A stretch of DNA of 64,000 bases, taken from Nitrosopumilaceae archaeon (GTDB lineage Archaea; Thermoproteota; Nitrososphaeria; Nitrososphaerales; Nitrosopumilaceae). The position numbers and the translations under genes are program-made. Shown here piece after piece: positions 53,514 through 64,000 of the stretch. Under the pieces are notes generated by a model. The model was not told the origin of the DNA. It did no database searches and saw only the letters and a list, made by a program, of their open reading frames with translations. The stretch lies in NCBI GenBank assembly GCA_965207375.1, contig CBDBMG010000003.1, positions 512,001-576,000 of the forward strand. Reading direction: 5' to 3'. Positions within the stretch are counted from its first letter, which is position 1. Each line of letters opens with the position of its first letter.

Positions 53514-54792
53514 TATTGTTGTTTTAGTTAAAACTAAAAATAATTTTAATATATTTTAGTTAACTAAAACTAAAACTAAAACTAAAATTAATTGCAAGTC
53601 AGTACTAAAACTAAAACTAAAATTAATTGTGAGTCTAATTGTGAGTCAGTACTAAAACTAAAACTAAAACCAAAATTAATTGCGTGTCAGTACTAAAACT
53701 AAAACTAAAATTAATTGCAAATCAGTACTAAAACTAAAACTAAAACTAACTAAAACTAAGGGTAATTACGTCTTCAAATGGCATATTTGGTGCAATATAA
53801 TACTGTTTAAGCCTGTTTTTAATCAATACTAAAACTAAAAATAATTTTAGTAATTTTAGTTAAAACTAAAACTAAAATTAATTCAGAAATATTACTAAAA
53901 CTAAAACTAAAAGTATTTAGAAATATAACTAAAACTAAAAATACTTCAGAAATCTTACACTAAAACTAAAACTATTTCAGAAATCTAACTAAAACTAAAA
54001 CTAAAAATACTTCAGAAATCTAACTAAAACTAAAAATATATAAAACTAACAAGTTGACGTATTACCATCTAAAAACCAGGCGCTGTGTGCAAGTTAAACC
54101 ACTGTTAATCGACTGTATATTCAATGTATTATAATACTTCTTAATGACTTCACCAATAAGTCATGTGAGCAGAGACTCATCACTAAGGAACACATAGCAA
54201 CGCATGCGAATTTAATTCTTCTGTTTAAACCCGCTTTATACTCCAATACTTTAGTGATAAAACTTGTTTTATGCTGAAATTCTTACTATAGCACTATAGG
54301 CCAGTCTTCTTTTATAAGCTTCGCAACCCGCACGGCACGCCCACTTTTAAAACTGAAGAGCTCCATCTTGTTAGTAATGTACAACTGGTTAAAAGGCTTT
54401 TACCGTGTAATGAACGGCAAATACAGTGTTACCTTGCTCTTCTTTGGCAGTAACACACGACGCGCTTCGTAACTAAGGCCCCGCCCATCAACAGTATTGA
54501 TAGTAAGTGCCGTACAGAGAAACTGAAAGGCAGTAGGACTTGTTTGATAGGTTATTCAGACTTCATTTCTCGTGAATAGTTTTTAATAGCCTCGGGGGCG
54601 GACACACACACACACATACATCCGCACAGAAGTGATTTTAAGAAACCAGGTGCGCGCATGCCTTCGGCCGGCGCGTGCCTGGTTTAAAAATAATTCAGTA
54701 ATCTTAAAACTAAAATTAAAATTATTGAGCTACGTAAGTTACTAAAACTAAAACTAAAACTAAAATTACAAGGCCTTACTAAAACAACACTA
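53514..54792. mobile_element. hAT MITE with (AAAACT)n subterminal arrays, containing a family A element (54048-54686)
   Basis: TIR TATTGTTGTTTTAGT / ACTAAAACAACACTA; TSD GTTGACAC/GTTGAGAC; empty site at ~46935. Confidence 0.8.
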
Positions 54793-55077
54793 GTTGAGAC
54801 ACACACAATAACCAGACACACCTTTCACCACTACTTAACAGGTCAATTGTATATATTGTTTGTTTGTTTGTACGTAGGTACGTACATATGTATGTATGTA
54901 TGTATGTATGTAAGTATGTATTAAGGCTCAAACGAATAGTGGTTTGTAGTATTCGAATATTCTTTAATTATTGTGTCGAATATTCAAATATTCGTTTGTA
55001 TAAAGTACACTTGTTTTATAGTGTCAATTAGTTAACAATATAAAATTATTTGTTGTACATAATTCTTTACACCTGTT

Positions 55078-55891
55078 TAAATTATCTCATGCCAGAATGT
55101 TCTCATCCCAAAATCTTATTCCTTGTTTCCTTACTTTTTGTAGCACTATTGAATTCAATCCCTACTTACCTTTGAATTTTTAATTTTTTATCATTCTAGT
55201 GTGTATTATATGGCTAAATACATATACGTAGATCTTACACTGTTATCTTCATTGCTCACTATGGGATAATCTGCCTATGGGAAAAGCTATTTGTCCAAGG
55301 CTATAATCTGGAAGTTTATGATGTAATAAAGTACATGCGAGTACATGAAACACTGTACCTAATTATATCAAGTGTAAGCCAGGATTTTGTGTGACATAAT
55401 AAGCAGAAGCCGTTACAGGCTATTGTCACCTTCGGTGAGATTCGCACCTTGCTAAGGAATAAAGAAGAACAAGGAAAGGAATGAAGGATAAATGGAATCG
55501 CCATGGCGCAGTAGGTAAATCGTCTTTGGAATAACATTTTCATAAATCCACCGCCATTACTTTTATTGTGTGAAATTTCTGGAGCCCTACACCTAGCGCA
55601 ACCCGGTCTTATGGCAGGCTGGCTGGCTGGCTGGCAGGCAGGCAGGCTGGCTGGCAGGCAGACTAAATACAGGTGAATTTTGAAAATTTCAAAGTTGGCT
55701 GTACATAGGTCGAAATATTCAACTTGTCGTTTCGTTTAACCAAGGTGCAGCATCATTACAGCCTTACCAATGCATTCCATCTGGTTTTTTTGGGTAAAAC
55801 CTATTGCAAGGTTGATTTTTAAGCACGAAATTTTCCTGAAGCCGTACAATTTCTTACCCATCCCTACTATTAAGTACTACCGTATTTAATG
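55078..55891 (-). mobile_element. Family D element, inverted, truncated within the first palindrome arm
   Basis: Reverse-complement match to 49650-50540. Confidence 0.75.
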
Positions 55892-56629
55892 ATATAATTA
55901 TTATAGTGATTGACGGTACACTTAATGTCAGTATTGTGAACTCACAGTAAAGCATTCTTATCAAGACTCACGATAGTGAGTTGCGAGGCCAAGAAGAAGC
56001 AGCCGTATGCGACGAATGAGTGAGTTATTTACACGTAGCACCGCTCTGAAATTTGAAAATGCTGTAATTAAGCCGCCACGACAGCTATCGCCTAGTTATT
56101 CAGGACTCAGCACGTTCTAACCATATAGAATTAGTAACCCAACAATGCAGGAAATCGGCACCACCAATCCTAAGTACCAGCCATTGCGAGTTTTATGGCA
56201 CCCGTTCGTGCACCCACGCTCGAAAAACCATCCCCTTGGCACCTATTCACTCGTTTACTAAACAAATAGTACCTTCAATGTATGAAGAATCGTTGACCTG
56301 AAGTTGTTTGATATCCATGACATGAGTTTTCCGTACGCATAAACTCCTTCCTTCCATCAAAAATATTTTAGGCGCCCGTCGTTTTTTTTCTTTCTTTCTT
56401 TTATTTTTATCGCACACTTTTTGTGCGCTTGCGCGTGAATTCCGGAATTTCTATTTGAAGTACTCACACTTGTTTATCTAATAACTCACTCATTTCTGCA
56501 TGGGTTTAAAGCCACCGCAAACCGTTTATCGAATATCCTATTGGAAAACGGATAACACCACGTTGTTCTTGAGGTGTTAAGCTTCTTTGTTGTCTAAGAA
56601 TTTCTTCGTTTCGGTTTATATAGCGCGAG

Positions 56630-59257
56630 ATGGATCCTACGGCGGCGTTGGGCTCTATAATCGGTGGCTCCGACTTCGATGACTCGGAAGGAGATACTTC
56701 AGATGAATTTACCGGTGTTGAGGATCAGGCGCCACCTAGCCTTGACAGATTGAGTCTTTACAAGGTTTGTTTTGTTACATTCAAGGTCATTTTTACGAAC
56801 TGTTGTTCATTATGGAGAAGAAGATAAACTCGCTTCACTTTGACGTTTTCTTTTTATCTAGGGGAGTCAAAACGACAGCGGGGAGGAGAGCAGTGGGGGG
56901 AAAGATGAGTCAACGGCTGAGGAAGACTCCGACGACGAAGAGGACGACGAAGAGGACGACGAAGAGGACCCAGAACAAGGTACGAGTAGTACATACCATA
57001 CACTTGGGCAAAAAAGGCAACGGCCCACCGTTACCACACCCATAGCTGGTAGAAAAACTTGCCGCCGTGTAGCAAAGAGGAGGCGGATTATTCCCTTACA
57101 AACACGGTGTAGTACTCCTGATAGGTCTCCTTGTGCAGCTGATTCTCCTAGGCTTGATTCCCCAGTTTTAGCTGCGCCTGATACGCCTTCTGTTTTTTCT
57201 TTCAGGTCTGAGTCCCCCCCTGTTTTGCCTTTTGTTTTGCCTTCACCTGTTCCTTTTAGATCTGAGTCCCCTGTTTCTGATACGTCTTTTGTTTTGCCTT
57301 CACCTGTTTCTGATATGCCTTTTGTTTTGCCTTCACCTGTTTCTTTTAGGTCTGATTCCCCTGTTTCTGTTAGGCAGGAGACTCTTACATCTAGGTCTGC
57401 TTCACCTGATTTACCCCGGGCTGAAGGGAGGGGACGGAGAGCGAGGGGACGGTCAGCGAATGTATCGGCAGTGAGGGGACGGGCAGCGAGGGGACGAAGG
57501 AGCCATGACAGTTCTGCTAGTTCCTCTGCTTTAGATACTAGCTCTACCAGCCATGTTTCCACTCCCAGTGTACGGCGGAGTAGTAGTGGCCTTGATGAAT
57601 CTCCTATTTATTGTCCCAGTAAGGATACTCCTACTGCTCTTAGGTGGCCTGTTCAGGATCCATTCACTGAGGAGGTTGGACCAACAAGCCCTCTTCCTGA
57701 TACTGCCACTGCATTAGATTTTTTCTTACAATTATTTGACCATGACCTCTTGCAACACATTGTGACGCAGACAAACCTGTATGCCACCACAAGGGAGGGT
57801 CATCGTGCAGAGTGGGAAGATTTGACTGTACCTGAATTGCAGTCATTTTTGGGTACCGTTCTTTTGATGGGCGTACATGTTTTGCCTACCATAGAAAGCT
57901 ACTGGTCCACTAATCTTTTTTTGGGAGCCTCGAATGTTGTTCTTTCATTCCCTAGGGACCGTTTTACACAGATTTTGAGGGAACTGCACTTCAACGACAA
58001 TTCTAGTGCAGTAGAACGGGGTCAACCTGGGTATGATAGGGGATACAAGATAAGGCCTGTTGTAGATAGTATCCGGGAGAAATGTTTGTCCTTGTATAAG
58101 CCACACAGAGAAAATTCTGTAGATGAGGCCATGGTCAAATACAAAGGTCGATCTCTGCTGAAACAGTACATGCCAATGAAACCCATCAAGCGTGGATTCA
58201 AGGTTTGGTGTAGGTGTAATGCACACACTGGGTTTACATGCTGCTTTCAAGTTTACTTGGGAGCAACTGACTCAGCAGAGAAGAACCTTGGTGTTAGAGT
58301 CACCATGGATATGGCCCGGGACCTATTTGGTAAAGGTTACCATGTGTATTGTGATAACTTTTTCACCTGTCCCCAATTAGCAATCCAACTGCTAAAAGAA
58401 AAGACCTACTGCATTGGTACCGTGAAGAAGAATAGGCGTGGGTTTACAAATTTCAGTGATAGGCAAATAAAAGGTTTGAAGAAAGGGGAGGATATTTCAA
58501 ATATAGAATTTTTGTCACTAGAGGATACACTCCCCACGGTCCATCCTCCTGCTGAAGCATCTGTAAATGATGCCGATCCCATGGACGAGGTTGTTCCTAC
58601 TGGCAGTAGTGAGGTTGTTGTCCCTAGTAGTAGTGGGGTTGTCCCTAGCAGTAGTGATGATGATAACCCTTCTCACTACCCAATTCATTGTTTCTGTTGG
58701 CAAGATAAAAGGGCAGTTTTTTTGTCAACACTGTTACCAACCCCAGGGCAGTTACCAGTGTACGTAGGAAACAGAGGGATGGGTCCTCAATTAATTTCGC
58801 TTGCCCTGAATCTGTGAGTTTGTACAACAAGTACATGGGAGGGGTGGATATGGCTGATGCTATGCGTAGGGTGTACACTTGTACACGCAAGTCTAAGAAA
58901 AAGTGGTACATGCGACTGTTTTGGTTCCTTCTGGATACATGTGTGGTGAATGCTTACATCCTACGGAAAGAGAGCCCGAATCATACTAAGCGGATGAGTC
59001 ATCTGAATTTTGTAGTAGAGCTTGCCCAACAGTTGATACTACAGTGTGATTCCCGTAGGAATCTTGGAAGGGTCCCGGCTATGCCATCCAGTGAGGCTCG
59101 ATATACCAAGCATGTACCCTGTAAGTACCCTACTCAACGTAATTGTAAGGTGTGCGCAAATAACAAACGTCGGTCACGTACTATGTATGGGTGTGTAGAG
59201 TGTCAATTGCCTTTTTGTATACCCGAATGTTATGCTATATACCACTCCAGAAGGTAA
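56630..59257 (+). CDS. piggyBac-family (PGBD4-like) transposase, ~840 aa, one intron (56765-56861), one frameshift at ~58720
   Basis: SVDEAM, YCDNFF and GGVDMAD form the DDD triad; YMPMKPIKRGFK present; C-terminal CKVC..CVEC..C..C..H domain. A GT-AG intron joins ORF 56630 in frame to ORF 57225. A T7 run at 58717-58723 needs T8 to read DKRAVFFVNT..CPESVSLYNKYMGGVD. Confidence 0.88.
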
Positions 59258-59429
59258 GTTCTATAAGTAGTGTAAGTTGTAGGGTGGGTGGGTAGGTGGG
59301 TGGGTAGGCCAAGGGGAAAAGGGAAGGGGAAGGGAAGGGAAGGGGGGGGGAATGGGGGGGGGGATGGGGGAACACGAAGGGGGGAAATGTCCACCATCAG
59401 GGATGGTTGGCTATGGGATGGTGTGTGTT

Positions 59430-60676
<1,247 letters not shown>

Positions 60677-61254
60677 GAACAAGTGTCAAACCTCCTCGTG
60701 GTGTTCGACGGGCAACAGCAATTACTGCTGGCTAATATGGCACCGTAAATTGGGAAACTTGATGAATGCATCATCATTCTATGTTTTATTTTTGCCAAAT
60801 TGTTCTAAGTCAGGATTTGCTAAGTTTCCCCATTTGCGGTATTTGTAGAATTTGAAGCTGCTACTAGCAGCCTAATTTCAAAGAAGCACAACTAATTGTT
60901 GTTATAATATTAGAGCCTTGGCTCAAGCAATAATTTGTGAAGTTGTACCGTAAATTGGGAAACTTTGCTAAACTTGATGAATGCATCATCATTTTATGTT
61001 TTATTTTTGCCAAATTGTTCTAAGTCAGGATTTGCTAAGTTTCCCCATTTGCGGTATTTGTAATGATGGGAGGCCAATACCCTACCATCGAAAGTTGATA
61101 GGGCAGAAATTTGAATGAACCATCGCCGGCGCAAAGGCCATGCGATTCGAGGAAACTGCTACTATTACAGCTGTGCGATTCTTTACCGGCCACAACAACA
61201 ATGCTGCCCAGTTGTACCGTTTGTCTATCGTGGCACCTCCATTGCCTATTCCAA

Positions 61255-61720
61255 TTCTTCTCATCTGGATTGATGTTATCAAAAAAATTTTTACTGCACT
61301 CATCTGGATCCATCTGGATCAAACAATCTTCACTGCACTCATCTGGATCCATCTGGATCAAACAATCTTCACTGCACTCATCTGGATCCATCTGGATCAA
61401 AAAATCTTCTACGTGGATGGGAAGGAGTCAAGACACGTATAAACATTTCTGGATCAAAAAATTCTTCACTGCACTCATCTGGATCCATCTGGATCAAACA
61501 ATCTTCACTGCACTCATCTGGATCCATCTGGATCAAACAATCTTCACTGCACTCATCTGGATCCATCTGGATCAAACAATCTTCACTGCACTTATCTGGA
61601 TCCATCTGGATCAAACAATCTTCTACGTGGATGGGAAGGAGTCAAGACACGTATAAACATTTCTGGATCAAAAAATTCTTCACTGCATTCATCTGGATCC
61701 ATCTGGATCAAAAAAATCTT
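61255..61720. repeat. 39-bp tandem repeat (CACTGCACTCATCTGGATCCATCTGGATCAAACAATCTT) with higher-order duplication
   Basis: About 9 units; the minus strand reads CLIQMDPDECSED. Confidence 0.9.
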
Positions 61721-63692
61721 CATAATTATTATTTAGCAGCTTTCAGATACTCACCAAAGATATCTTCTTCAATTATCAGCTGGACCAAGATATTTAGCTA
61801 AATAGATAGCATTCTTTGTCACTTTCAGCCACTGCAGTATTGTGGTCATCTTCTCATCTTCATGTTGGCAATCAGCATACAATGCTGTAAAGTAGGAGTT
61901 ACTGTGACAGCATTTTCATCTTATCCTCTTTTTGTCAGTTCTTCAGCAACTCGTCTACTTACAGCATTGTGATCTAAATCATGTAATCCTCTCTCCCTTG
62001 GCTTGGCTTCTGCAATAGCTTTCAGCAACTCGTCCACTTATAGCATTGTGATCTCAAAATTATGTAATCCTCTCTCCCTTGGCTTGGCTTCTGCAATAGC
62101 TTTGTCAGTTCTTCAGCGACTGGTCATCATGTGCTATCAACTCGATGCAAACCTTGCATGAACATGTAAATGTTACAGGCTTGGCATTGACTTCAAATAC
62201 TATTACCAACCCCAGGACGGAATTGAGCTAGTGTGTGAACACTGTCTTGTGTTACAATACTTTTATTTATTATAGAACATGTCTAAAATATACTAAATAA
62301 GTTGCGAATTATTGTACAAATATTGTAAATACTAAATATGTAATATTATTATATTGAAATCACATATGCATATTCGGATTACTCGTACTCCGTTCATGTT
62401 AGTATTCTGTTATTGGTAAGGGGGGCGCTTCGTAGTATATGTTCTTGGGGGCCTGTGTCTTAAAACTTGGAGTTGTATCTTCTTCCATTGTGAAGTTACA
62501 GGAGGTTAACATCGCGTCGTTATAACCTGTAGTAAGAACATGAGGATAATAGAAGGTATATAAATGTTAGATTTTATTGTAGGGCTATGTATGGGGAGTA
62601 GTTTAAAGCAAACCACGGAGGAATAGGCGCTTCCCACAGGGATTTACAAGGGCCCGAACGTTGCGTTGCAAAAGGTTGCAAACGCGTTTTAGACAAAAAT
62701 TAATTCCGTTTTTAATGATCATTCATGCTTACGTACCATGCAAGATAATTATACCAAACAACAAGAGGTGAACAGTGGCTACACATTATAAATAGGAGAC
62801 CACTGTCCTGTTAGCATGCACAAAATTTATTTTTAACATTATAATATATCTTCTCCTGTAGATCAATCAACAGTAGTATGGTAGCCTTCATTGAGGTTCT
62901 CAACTGTTCTCCACCTACATAGCTAACAATTATAGTAATACTTTATATGTTCGTTAGCTACTTGGGGGAAATACAAGGGAAACACCTAAAGTATTAACTT
63001 CCAGCTCCTCTCCCTTTTTAAATTTTATTACTCTGCATACTTTAAATAAGGTTTCTTGTCAGGACTTGTTTATAATTGTAATCTGTTTACAAAAAGCAGT
63101 GATATGCTAAACAAAAACAGCCTGACTGTAAAAAAAGTGCGAGGCCAATCAGAAGCCACAATGGCTATAAGCGACCAAAATCTCTGATATCAAGTAAGGC
63201 CAAGAAGTTGAACATTTTATTAAGAATTCTTTTACTTGAATGACATACAATAGTTTACAGGGCATTTTCACAACTATAAGTGGCTTTGTCACTTGGCCAC
63301 CTTTTTGTATTATCATCTTTTATAAGGTGGCCAAGTGACAAAGCCAATCATAGTTGTGAAAATGCCCTGTAAACTATTGTATGTCATTCAAGTAAAAGAA
63401 TTCTTAATAAAATGTTCAACTTCTTGGCCTTACTTGATATCAGAGATTTTGGTCGCTTATAGCCATTGTGGCTTCTGATTGGCCTCTCACTTTTTTTACA
63501 GCCAGGCTGTTTTTGTTTAGCATTTAAATATACTAACATGTTAACAAGTTCAGGTGTCACATGAACATGAACATGTTAACATATTTACACCTGAACATGT
63601 AACATGTTCAGATCCAAATATTCGCTACATACGTAATTAACTATTTGAATGCCAATATTATTCTGAATATTCGAATATTTGTTTGAGCCTTA

Positions 63693-63851
63693 GTATGTAT
63701 GTATGTATGTATGTATGTATGTATGTATGTATGTATGTATGTATGTATGTATGTATGTATGTATGTATGTATGTATGTATGTATGTATGTATGTATGTAT
63801 GTATGTATGTATGTATGTATATGTGTATGTATGTATGTGTGTATGTATGTA
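63693..63851. repeat. (GTAT)n microsatellite
   Basis: Directly visible; continues the (GTAT)n at 54888-54921 that was split by the hAT shell. Confidence 0.95.
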
Positions 63852-64000
63852 TTAGTGGTCTGTGATACAACATTATATATCACTACAGTTAAGCTACTCG
63901 ATATAATAATGTATCACTATACCCTTGTTTGAGTTTTTAATTGCTTTAATGTTGAAAATGTGAGATGATAAGATTGTTGTGATCATTGTGTAGTAGTAAC

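Overview
AT-rich eukaryotic (invertebrate-type, possibly sponge; inference only) genomic DNA with spliced genes, densely filled with transposable elements. No prokaryotic features, rRNA, tRNA genes or CRISPR were found. Host-type genes: a frameshifted HECT E3 ligase (G2E3-like, +), a BEN-domain (BEND5-like) gene (+) with an octapeptide-repeat exon, and a head-to-head pair of DCAF4-like WD40 (-) and eIF3f-like (+) genes. All four look damaged or incomplete. Large elements: an intact Ty3/Gypsy retrotransposon with identical 125-bp LTRs inserted in a coding exon of the BEN gene; a DD34E Tc1-like transposase split by a 1.88-kb foldback element; an intron-containing piggyBac-like transposase lacking canonical ends; LINE and Gypsy fragments; and many hAT-, piggyBac- and Tc1-type MITEs. 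Four families of Helentron-like (HINE/DINE-like) non-autonomous elements are present. Two of these end in long near-perfect palindromes (about 330 and 420 bp), and in one family the two arms share a copy-specific substitution. One such element contains the piggyBac gene and itself sits inside an 8.8-kb hAT shell. Exon boundaries and coordinates were read by eye and may be off by a few bases.
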